DNA of 32,000 bases. It comes from Microcystis aeruginosa NIES-2549. Lineage in GTDB: Bacteria > Cyanobacteriota > Cyanobacteriia > Cyanobacteriales > Microcystaceae. Under the pieces are notes generated by a model. The model had not been told where the DNA came from. It ran no database searches and worked only from the letters and a program-made list of their open reading frames with translations. The stretch is from NCBI RefSeq assembly GCF_000981785.2, contig NZ_CP011304.1:2700001-2732000 (forward strand), in the 5' to 3' direction. Both the position numbers and the translations under genes were made by a program. Below, piece after piece: positions 24,228 through 32,000 of this stretch (position 1 is the stretch's first letter; each line of letters opens with the position of its first letter).

Positions 24228-25664
24228 TCAATCTCTTGTCTCGATTAATTCGGGGACAAGTTCGGGAATAAAACCGGGTTCAGCTAAAGAACCGGTAACA
24301 TGATGTTCAAAGACTTCTGCGGGGGGAAAAGTTTTCTTGACTTCCTGAGATTGCGGATCCGTAGAAGGTAGCCATTTAATTAGGGGTAAAGGTAGGAGAG
24401 TAGAGAGATTAGTAATCACCACCAATAACCAAAGGTTATCAAAATTAGTTTCGGTGACTCCCAACCAATGGGTTAATAAAGCGCCGATTTCTTGGGAAAC
24501 TAATCCCGACATATTCCAGATAGACATTAATAAAGCGAATAGAGATGCTTCAATGCCCACGGGACAAAGACGCGCTGATAAAATTAAGACGGGTAAAAAG
24601 GCAATTTGTCCCATGACGGTGAGGATGAGACTATCCCCCAAACTAAACCAATGATCGTCAATACCGAGCGCTCGATTAGTATGGGTAACTAAGAGTAGGG
24701 TAGTCATGCCTAAAAGCGCAGAAATCACCGTACTCCAACCCAAAATTAAACGAAAGGAAATCGCTTTTAAAAACCGTTGATATACCCAGATGCCCAGGAT
24801 CGAGGCTAAACTGGTGACTAAGCGCACTCGTCCTAAAAATTCCGGTTCAAATCCTAACTCGTTGGTGGTGAAGTAAAAAAAGGCAGAATCGGCGCTAGGA
24901 GTAGCCTGCCAGAGAAAAATAAAGGCAGTGGGTAATAAAATTGATTTTTGTCTAATTGCTGACCATAATTGCCCTATTTGCTCCTTGACTTTGGGCGTGG
25001 ATTGTGCATCATCATTATTCTTGACTTTTTCCTCTGTAATTAAAAACGCCATGGCTGAGGCAATCAGGGGAAAAATAGCCGTGAGAGCGAAGACGGGACG
25101 AGTGCCGAGGTGTGCGAGTAACCAACCACCGAGATAAGCTGTAATTAAGCCGCCTAGGGCCGATATTCCCCAAGTTAAGGACTGTAGAGAGCCGGATTGA
25201 GTGAAGGACTCTCTGCGGGCCCTTTCTACTACCAAAGAATCGACGATGACATCACTAATGGTGACAGAAAGGGAACCAAGCAGGATCGCCGCCGTCGCTT
25301 GCCAAGCATTCTCCACCACAGTGGCTAGGGCCAACCACGCTAAAACACCGAGAATTCCTGATAAAATGAGGTAAGGCCGACGACGATAGCCGAAAATAGG
25401 CAAACCATCCGAAAGAAAGCCAAAAGCTGGTTTAATCACCCAAGGAATCGCCGCCACTCCGATTAATGCCCCCATCTGGGAGGGACTCAAGGCCAAATCG
25501 TCTTTTAAAAAGAAGCTAACCGCTAATCGGGAGAGTCCGAGAATGCCTTGCACGAAATAAACCCCTAAAATGCCGATTAATTCGGGATTAGGGTCATTTC
25601 CGAACAAGATAGTCTCTTTAAGGAATTTTTTCCCGCGATCGATGCCAAGGCGATTAATAAGCAT
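24228..25664 (-). CDS. Folate-biopterin transporter family (BT1, MFS-like) membrane protein
   Basis: 478 aa with about 12 TM helices. YFVQG...LAVSFFLKDDL.LSPSQ......IPWVIKP.FGFLSD..PIFGYRRRPYL is typical of BT1. Confidence 0.75.
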   Translation of the reverse strand: MLINRLGIDRGKKFLKETILFGNDPNPELIGILGVYFVQGILGLSRLAVSFFLKDDLALSPSQMGALIGVAAIPWVIKPAFGFLSDGLPIFGYRRRPYLILSGILGVLAWLALATVVENAWQATAAILLGSLSVTISDVIVDSLVVERARRESFTQSGSLQSLTWGISALGGLITAYLGGWLLAHLGTRPVFALTAIFPLIASAMAFLITEEKVKNNDDAQSTPKVKEQIGQLWSAIRQKSILLPTAFIFLWQATPSADSAFFYFTTNELGFEPEFLGRVRLVTSLASILGIWVYQRFLKAISFRLILGWSTVISALLGMTTLLLVTHTNRALGIDDHWFSLGDSLILTVMGQIAFLPVLILSARLCPVGIEASLFALLMSIWNMSGLVSQEIGALLTHWLGVTETNFDNLWLLVVITNLSTLLPLPLIKWLPSTDPQSQEVKKTFPPAEVFEHHVTGSLAEPGFIPELVPELIETRD

Positions 25665-25967
25665 GAAGTTTCATAAATATTTGTTACTGTCTCTATAATA
25701 ATGATTGAGCGCTCGATCGGTGCGTTAGCTGTTAGGGTTTAACTGTTGAGCTTTAGGTTTTGGCGGTTGGGTATTGGGTTTTAGGGTTTTAGTTGAATTT
25801 CCCCTGCTCCCCACTTCCCCATCCCCAATCGGCATAAAAGGCTTATTTTGATGTTATGTGGAAATTTTCTGGCGATCGCTCTATCTGAAAGTAATATACA
25901 GAAAGATTTTAAAAAAAATGTGTATTTGGTGTGATATACAGAAAGTTTCCGTATAATATGGTCAGGC

Positions 25968-26180
25968 GTGCAACTAAAAAAGGGGTTTCAAGCTAACCTG
26001 GGAATAGTTGAGACAGTTATAGCGGGCATTATCGTTGCAGCAATTTTGGGTATTACAAAGTTTGTCGTCAAGTCAAATGGTATTTCTCAATTGCCATCTC
26101 AAATAGTCTCTAATTCCTTATTAGTAGATAATCAAGATGAACTATATAGAAAATTAATAAAGCACAGAGAAATATTATGA
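25968..26180 (+). CDS. Hypothetical 70-aa single-TM protein (GTG start), convergent with the Toprim-like gene
   Basis: One hydrophobic helix (IVETVIAGIIVAAILGI). It is preceded by TATAAT (25952-25957) and two ATATACAGAAAG repeats. It may not be a real gene. Confidence 0.3.
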   Translation: MQLKKGFQANLGIVETVIAGIIVAAILGITKFVVKSNGISQLPSQIVSNSLLVDNQDELYRKLIKHREIL

Positions 26181-26212
26181 GGCTGTCATTCCCATCTGGA
26201 GCCATAGTTCTC

Positions 26213-26857
26213 TCAAATCTCGTATAACTCCTGTAACCATCTCAAAAAAATTGCCGATTGGGGATGGGAGCAATTAAGTATTTTTTGTTTTACTGCATCG
26301 TGAAGTTGTTTCCCCGGCGGATCTTGCCAAGCTAAATAGGTATGAATATTAGCCTTATCTAGATGATAATCTCTATAGGTTGCCCCTTGTTGTTTTGCCT
26401 CTATCACCTTGTTTTGTGTATATTGCCAAAGATTATTATCGGGAACTAAATAGGCTAAAAAAGTCTCTAACATCCCTCTAGATTGATTGTCAGGCATCAT
26501 CCACACACCGAATTTTATACCCGATTCTAGAGTTATAATTAATCCCTCTGCTGGTAAATTTTGAGGGAAGTTAGGTATATTTGGTAAACAGGCATTATAT
26601 AAACTTTTCCAACGATTATCAGGTTCTTGGTCTGCATCCATAATAATTCCTAAATGAGTTAGTCCACTATCATTGATTTCGTTGTAAATATTATCGCTAT
26701 CGAGTAAACTCTCAATGCTACCAGCGGGTTTAATATAGATAATAGCTGTGTCCTTTGTCTCTCCCCAAGAGATGCCATGGGCTTCTGCTAATTCGGGAAT
26801 CACTCTCATGTCTTCTCTTCCCTCTACCAAAAGTTTTTTAGGATGTATTCTGGGCAT
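26213..26857 (-). CDS. Small Toprim-like protein (214 aa), downstream partner of the ATPase
   Basis: LLVEGREDMRV (conserved Glu12, VEGxxD pattern) and GIIMDADQEPD (D74-x-D76) resemble the Toprim Glu plus DxD. The ATG lies 2 nt after the ATPase stop. Confidence 0.6.
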   Translation of the reverse strand: MPRIHPKKLLVEGREDMRVIPELAEAHGISWGETKDTAIIYIKPAGSIESLLDSDNIYNEINDSGLTHLGIIMDADQEPDNRWKSLYNACLPNIPNFPQNLPAEGLIITLESGIKFGVWMMPDNQSRGMLETFLAYLVPDNNLWQYTQNKVIEAKQQGATYRDYHLDKANIHTYLAWQDPPGKQLHDAVKQKILNCSHPQSAIFLRWLQELYEI

Positions 26858-26859
26858 TT

Positions 26860-28008
26860 TTAGCGAACCTCAATATCTCTTTCAGAAGCGAGGTAAATTT
26901 GTCTAGCATTGAAGGAAACTGCTTTTTCTTTGTCCCTATCTATCCTTTGAATAGTAATCTCGTTATCGGTAATTTTTTCTTCGGTAATTAATTCGGCTAA
27001 ACTTTGCCAACAATCCCGGCTGTGAGTGGTGGCGAATACCTGAATATTGAGTTTTTTAGCGGTTTCCCAGACGACTTTCCACATATCAGTCATGACAGTA
27101 AAGTGCAATCCGCTATCAATTTCATCAACTAATAAAATTCCATTTTCAAGATTAACCATCGCTAAAACTAATCCTAACATTCGCCAAAATCCATCGCCTA
27201 AACTGCCAATAGGTATAGGTTGATCATGATTTTTAATTTTGATTAAAAACCCACCTCTAACACCTAGGTTATTTGCAGTTGAATACTTGCCAGAACCAAT
27301 ACTGGCTATTCTTTCAATTTTTGGCTCAATAATTTTCAAAGATTCAATAATTAAATCTTCTAAAGGAGAGAGAACAATGTTGTCAAAAAGTGCCGCCATA
27401 TCAGAACTTGTTAGAGAAAATGGTGTTAAGAACCTCAATTCAATTTTATTATCAATACCTATTTTATGGGAAATTCTGCTTAAACTAGCCATTCTTCTGG
27501 AATCTCTGGCAAGAGTACCGTTGGCAAGAAGTTCCAGTTCAATAGGTTTTTGTGATTGACTCCATCTAATACTTAAAAGAAGTTTATTCCATTCCTCATC
27601 GTCGAAAATATTATCATTATTTAAATCATCATTTTTGTCTGAAAATAGAGATAGTTGTATAGGAATACTTTTAACAGAAATAGTAACACTTTCCTGATGT
27701 GATTCCCTAGATCCAATGATAATAATTTCCTTACTTGGGATGATTTCATGCCCAGGAAATAAATGACAAATTTCAAAAACTTTAGTGCGACCAGCTAACT
27801 TATTTTCCAACCAAGCGAACTCACCTCTATAGCTAATAGTTTCAAGAAATATATCTATATTATTCTGAGCATACAAAAACTGAATCGCTTCTAAAATAGA
27901 AGTTTTACCGCTATTATTTTTACCTACTAAGAGATTAATTCGACCAAGATTGGCCATCTCAAAATTTTGAAAACCGCGAAAGCCTTCAATTTTTAGGGAT
28001 TCTAACAT
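26860..28008 (-). CDS. ABC-type/AAA15-AAA21-like ATPase (RecF/OLD/AriA-like)
   Basis: N-terminal KIEGFRGF plus Walker A GKNNSGKT (K35). Signature-like SLGDGFWRML, Walker B ILLVDEIDSGLH, H-loop FATTHS. Confidence 0.8.
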   Translation of the reverse strand: MLESLKIEGFRGFQNFEMANLGRINLLVGKNNSGKTSILEAIQFLYAQNNIDIFLETISYRGEFAWLENKLAGRTKVFEICHLFPGHEIIPSKEIIIIGSRESHQESVTISVKSIPIQLSLFSDKNDDLNNDNIFDDEEWNKLLLSIRWSQSQKPIELELLANGTLARDSRRMASLSRISHKIGIDNKIELRFLTPFSLTSSDMAALFDNIVLSPLEDLIIESLKIIEPKIERIASIGSGKYSTANNLGVRGGFLIKIKNHDQPIPIGSLGDGFWRMLGLVLAMVNLENGILLVDEIDSGLHFTVMTDMWKVVWETAKKLNIQVFATTHSRDCWQSLAELITEEKITDNEITIQRIDRDKEKAVSFNARQIYLASERDIEVR

Positions 28009-28072
28009 GAGTAATTACCCCGGATTTTCCGTTATTAAATCTAGTTTATCTCAACCTCAGAAAACACCTCAA

Positions 28073-28528
28073 TTAACGACAGAGCAGCACCATGGCGATA
28101 CCGATACCTAAACTTAAACCGACCAGCACTTGAAAAGGAGTATGACCAATTAATTCCTTTAAACGTTCCTCGTTAAATTCCTTGCCCTCCTGGAACATTT
28201 CATCGATAATTTGATTGAGAATCCGGGCCTGTTTTCCTGCTGCCTGACGCACTCCAGCCGCATCATACATAACAATAACCGCAAAAAGTGCGGCGATGGC
28301 AAATTCGGAACTAGACCAACCCACCTGTAATCCTACTCCAGTAGCCAAGGCCCCCACCAGCGCCGAGTGAGCGCTAGGCATTCCCCCCGACGAGACTAAA
28401 TAGCGCAGACTCACCTTACCATCGCGGATTAACTCAATCAGCGCTTTTAGTCCTTGGGCAGTGAAACAAGCTAAAAGAGAGATTAGCAGTATTTGATTGT
28501 GTAACACCTGCTGGAAGTCCTGCATCAT
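28073..28528 (-). CDS. Divergent PAP2 / DUF212-family membrane protein (acid phosphatase/vanadium haloperoxidase-related)
   Basis: GGMPSAHSALVGALA, VMYDAAGVRQAAGKQA, ELIGHTP. Confidence 0.75.
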   Translation of the reverse strand: MMQDFQQVLHNQILLISLLACFTAQGLKALIELIRDGKVSLRYLVSSGGMPSAHSALVGALATGVGLQVGWSSSEFAIAALFAVIVMYDAAGVRQAAGKQARILNQIIDEMFQEGKEFNEERLKELIGHTPFQVLVGLSLGIGIAMVLLCR

Positions 28529-28542
28529 CTCACTCGTTTAAT

Positions 28543-29472
28543 TTAATTTTTACGATTAACAATATACTCGGCGATGGCCCGTAAAGGTTCAGCGGCCTCA
28601 TCGTAGCTACTCAATTCACCGATGGCACTATCTATTAACTGTTGAGCTTGCTGGCGGGACCCTTCTATCCCCCAGAGACTAGGATAGGTGGCTTTTTGTG
28701 CCTGTAGATCCTTACCGGCGGTTTTGCCTAATTCCTCCTTTGTCGCCGTGATATCGAGAACATCATCGATAATTTGGAAAGCCAAGCCAATATTTTGGGC
28801 ATAACGGGCTAATTTAGCTATATCTTCCCCTTTTGCCCCCGCTAAAACTGCCCCCGACACCACAGAAGTCTCCAAGAGGGCCCCGGTTTTCTGAGTATGG
28901 ATAAAACCGAGAGTTTCCGCCGAAATATCGGGTTTTCCTTCGGATTCCAAGTCTAAAACCTGACCCCCTACCAAACCCGCTGCCCCGACCGTGCGACCTA
29001 AACGAGCAATTACCTCTAAAATCTGTACGGGATGCACATTACGAGTCTGGGTAGCCACATACTCGAAAGCGTAGGCCAGGAGACCATCCCCGGCTAAAAT
29101 AGCGATATCTTCCCCAAAAACCTTATGGTTGGTTAATTTCCCGCGTCGGTAATCATCGTTATCCATGGCGGGTAAATCGTCATGAATTAATGACATAGTG
29201 TGAATCATTTCTAGGGCGCAAGCGGTGGGTAAAGCCATCTCTAGGGAACCCCCCATCAGTTCACAGGTAGCCAGACATAAAATCGGTCGCAGACGTTTGC
29301 CCCCAGCAAGGAGAGAATAGCGCATCGCCTCGTAGATTTTGGCAGGATTGCCGATAACTAAAGAGCTATCTAAAGCTGACTCGACAATCAACCGCTTTTC
29401 CTCCAGATAGGAAGCCAGAGAAAAGTTCTCGTTTTTCCTCACTTCTACCCCTTGTTCGCCCCTAGTAACCAT
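28543..29472 (-). CDS. crtE: Geranylgeranyl diphosphate synthase (type II polyprenyl synthase)
   Basis: First Asp-rich motif [17 protein letters not shown] and second motif [14 protein letters not shown]. The ATG at 29472 is preferred over the upstream GTG at 29523. Confidence 0.85.
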   Translation of the reverse strand: MVTRGEQGVEVRKNENFSLASYLEEKRLIVESALDSSLVIGNPAKIYEAMRYSLLAGGKRLRPILCLATCELMGGSLEMALPTACALEMIHTMSLIHDDLPAMDNDDYRRGKLTNHKVFGEDIAILAGDGLLAYAFEYVATQTRNVHPVQILEVIARLGRTVGAAGLVGGQVLDLESEGKPDISAETLGFIHTQKTGALLETSVVSGAVLAGAKGEDIAKLARYAQNIGLAFQIIDDVLDITATKEELGKTAGKDLQAQKATYPSLWGIEGSRQQAQQLIDSAIGELSSYDEAAEPLRAIAEYIVNRKN

Positions 29473-29939
29473 GTCTTTTTGTCTTGAACCGACTGCTTTT
29501 AAAACTATATCAGGAAACTCCACCTCGATGGGAATTAAACTGACTGCTCCCTTGTACCCTAAGCTGTTGAGTATCTAAATTACCCCTTCAGACTGCATGG
29601 CAGCTCCGCAGTTGACAGCCTGAGCATTTGTACTAAGATTTTCTAGACGGAGAGAGGTCTATTGGCTCTCTTATTCTTTGTGTAACCAGTTTAACTTATA
29701 GAGGAGCGCTTAATCTTTGTGTTCTTTGTGTCTTTGTGGTTCGTTCCACTCGCTCGCCAGCAGCAATGTATCTTAGAATACATTTTACCCACCAAACCCA
29801 GAAGATCCGTCAATTTTCTTTTCTGATGCCTATTTTCTCTTTTAACCTGAAAAAATACCTCCCTCAGCCTAGTAGAGGGATTGCGGTTGGGAAATTTCTC
29901 GATTAGCCTATAATTAGGGTTATCCTAGTAATATATTGT

Positions 29940-31337
29940 ATGCTGCCAGGGCAAATTTTAGGCGATCGATACCAAATTCAAAGTCAGTTAGGTAAACAAA
30001 CCGGAAGACGCACTTTTCTCGCCCAAGATCTAAAAACGGGCGCTACTGTTGTTGTCAAATTATTAATCTTTAGTACCGATTTTGAATGGACAGATTTAAA
30101 ACTTTTTGAACGGGAGGCCGAAACTCTTAAACATCTAGATTGTCGCTCGATTCCCGAATATATCGACTATTTTGAAGTTCGCACCGATACCTACCAAGGT
30201 TTTGCCCTTGTTCAGAGTTATATCGAGGCTAAATCTCTCAAGGAACAGATAGAAACTGGTCGCAAATTTAGTGAAGCAGACCTACAAGAATTAGCTAAAT
30301 CTATTCTAGGTATTTTAATTTATCTCCATGGACTTAACCCGCCAATTATCCATCGAGATTTGAAACCTAGTAATATTTTACTAAAAGATCGATCGGGTCA
30401 TAGTATCGGTAATGTTTATTTAATTGATTTTGGTTCTGTCCAGACTGTTGCTCAACAGGAACAGGCCACTTTAACTATTGTCGGAACCTACGGTTATATG
30501 CCACCGGAACAATTTGGTGGTCGCACCGTTGCCGCTTCTGATTTATACAGTTTAGGAGCCACTTTAATCTATCTAGCTACAGGCATTCATCCCGCCGATT
30601 TACCCCAAAAAGATGGCAAAATTCAATTAAATAATTTAGCCAATTTAAGCCCTGCTTTTGTTCATTGGTTAGGGCAGTTAATCGAACCTAGTCTCGAAAA
30701 AAGGTTTGTTTCAGCACAGGCAGCAAATCAAGCTTTAAATACTCTCCACGAAATGCAATTAACTTCCTCGAACCTTGAAAAACCCGCCGGGAGTCGGGTA
30801 CAGTTGCAAAAAAATGAGGAGAAAATTAAAATATCTTTACCTCCCGAAGGTTTTACCCCTAAATTAATTTTTCTTGGAGCTTTTGCCATCGCTTGGAACG
30901 CTTTTTTATTAGTATGGACAGGAGGAGCCGTTTCTATTCCTCTGTGGATGAGTTGGTTTTTTCTGCTCTTTTCTTTGCCTTTTTGGTTTGTGGGTTTAGG
31001 AATGCTTGGCGGGATTATTTATTGTCTCAAAGGGGAGGAAATTATCACTATTGATAGTCAAGAAATTGTGGCCATTCAGCGAATTTTTGGTTTGACACTT
31101 CCGGGCAAAAAGAAAATGGCACGAGAACATATTAATAAACTGGTGAAAGCTGATAGTTATCATACCAAAGATGGTGATGGCGATCGAGTTTATGTGCCGA
31201 TGGCTTTAACTATTTGGGCGGGGACTAAAGAATATACTATTAGCAGTAAGACAAAAGAATATCTGAGTCAACCCGAAATTGAATGGTTAGCAGCGGAATT
31301 GAGCCAATGGTTAGGAATACCAATTACTAATAAGTAG
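29940..31337 (+). CDS. Ser/Thr protein kinase with a C-terminal two-helix membrane domain and an extra C-terminal module
   Basis: VVVKLL (Lys), HRDLKPSNILL, DFG, GTYGYMPPE. Two hydrophobic helices at about residues 305-360. Confidence 0.85.
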   Translation: MLPGQILGDRYQIQSQLGKQTGRRTFLAQDLKTGATVVVKLLIFSTDFEWTDLKLFEREAETLKHLDCRSIPEYIDYFEVRTDTYQGFALVQSYIEAKSLKEQIETGRKFSEADLQELAKSILGILIYLHGLNPPIIHRDLKPSNILLKDRSGHSIGNVYLIDFGSVQTVAQQEQATLTIVGTYGYMPPEQFGGRTVAASDLYSLGATLIYLATGIHPADLPQKDGKIQLNNLANLSPAFVHWLGQLIEPSLEKRFVSAQAANQALNTLHEMQLTSSNLEKPAGSRVQLQKNEEKIKISLPPEGFTPKLIFLGAFAIAWNAFLLVWTGGAVSIPLWMSWFFLLFSLPFWFVGLGMLGGIIYCLKGEEIITIDSQEIVAIQRIFGLTLPGKKKMAREHINKLVKADSYHTKDGDGDRVYVPMALTIWAGTKEYTISSKTKEYLSQPEIEWLAAELSQWLGIPITNK

Positions 31338-31346
31338 CTGGTTAAA

Positions 31347-31440
31347 ATCAGCTTTTTTCTCCCCTCTCCCCACTCCCCCACTGATTACTGCTTACTGATA
31401 ACTGAAAAATCTCCCCACTTCCCACTTCCCATCCCCTGAT
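31347..31440. repeat. C-rich/ACTGATAA-type short repeats (reverse-complement relatives of the 14134-14354 tract)
   Basis: ctcccctctccccactcccccactgattactgcttactgataactga...ctccccacttcccacttcccatcccc. Confidence 0.8.
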
Positions 31441-31570
31441 ATGGACGAACTGTGTGTGATCAGTGTAAAATTTTATGAAGAGTCTGGGCTTTTTTCTCCC
31501 TTTTCCAGAGAAATGCCCCAGAGCCAGTGACTAAGATCAACATTGTGTAATCCCATCGATAATTAAGTTT

Positions 31571-32000
31571 ATGAGCGCCACTATTACCGTAGAAAAACGC
31601 AAATTAGAAAAACCCCCTTTAGAACTGCATTATCTCGGCGATCGAGTCCTGCGTCAACCGGCCAAGCGGATTGCTAAAGTCGATGACAGCATTCGCCAAT
31701 TAGCCAAAGAAATGCTACAAACTATGTATAGTGCCAATGGTATCGGGTTAGCGGCTCCGCAAGTGGCAGTCAATAAACAATTGATTGTCATCGATTGTGA
31801 ACCCGATAAACCAGAAAATCCGCCCCTAATTCTGATTAATCCCCAAATTATCGGTTATGGTCGGGAATTGTGCAAAGCGGAAGAGGGTTGTTTGAGTATT
31901 CCCGATGTGTTTTTAGATGTCATCCGTCCCCAAGCGATCGAAGTGAGTTATAAAGATGAACAGGGGAAACCGCGAAAACTGCAAGCTAACGGTTTACTAG
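31571..32000 (+). CDS. def: Peptide deformylase, N-terminal part (3' end outside the window)
   Basis: GIGLAAPQV (motif 1) and EGCLSIP (motif 2). Confidence 0.9.
   Translation, partial: MSATITVEKRKLEKPPLELHYLGDRVLRQPAKRIAKVDDSIRQLAKEMLQTMYSANGIGLAAPQVAVNKQLIVIDCEPDKPENPPLILINPQIIGYGRELCKAEEGCLSIPDVFLDVIRPQAIEVSYKDEQGKPRKLQANGLL

Noticed and set aside
29650-29666. GAGAGGTCTA string resembling the IS terminal repeat (possible solo IS end)
   Set aside because: Only about 10 nt match. No second end, duplication or transposase remnant is nearby, so chance is the likelier explanation.

Overview
The window looks like a cyanobacterial chromosome. It has at least ten HIP1 octamers (GCGATCGC). It carries lineage-typical genes (Tab2/DUF1092, Ycf49-like, GlnN, CrtE, apocarotenoid oxygenase, YggT, PEP-CTERM protein). 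Intergenic regions are dense with short tandem and palindromic repeats, in the style of Microcystis-type genomes; that genus guess comes from repeat style only. Core metabolic genes (ABC1 kinase, PabB-like, GrxC-GshB, GT2, GlnN, CrtE, Def) are interleaved with small accessory islets. (1) 3.9-6.0 kb: a RelE/ParE toxin-antitoxin operon split by a 1146-bp IS element and bracketed by a ~140-bp promoter-bearing direct repeat. (2) 6.2-8.7 kb: a guanidine-I (ykkC) riboswitch with a terminator expression platform, in front of an agmatinase-family hydrolase plus HypA/HypB-type nickel chaperones. This matches the Ni-dependent guanidine hydrolase GdmH/GhaA/GhaB arrangement. (3) 9.5-10.8 kb: a vapBC-like cassette flanked by 48-bp direct repeats. 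(4) 20.5-24.2 kb: a toxin-antitoxin island (YefM-YoeB, two HicB-HicA pairs, one orphan antitoxin-like ORF). Its cassettes are delimited by five copies of a 33-bp palindrome that shows compensatory substitutions. (5) 26.2-28.0 kb: a visibly AT-rich, translationally coupled pair encoding an ABC/AAA15-like ATPase and a 214-aa Toprim-like protein. I consider this the best candidate for an uncharacterised defence system (PARIS/AbiL-like architecture with an unusually short partner). I found no rRNA, tRNA or CRISPR array. All calls come from reading the sequence and ORF translations by eye; no database search was run.
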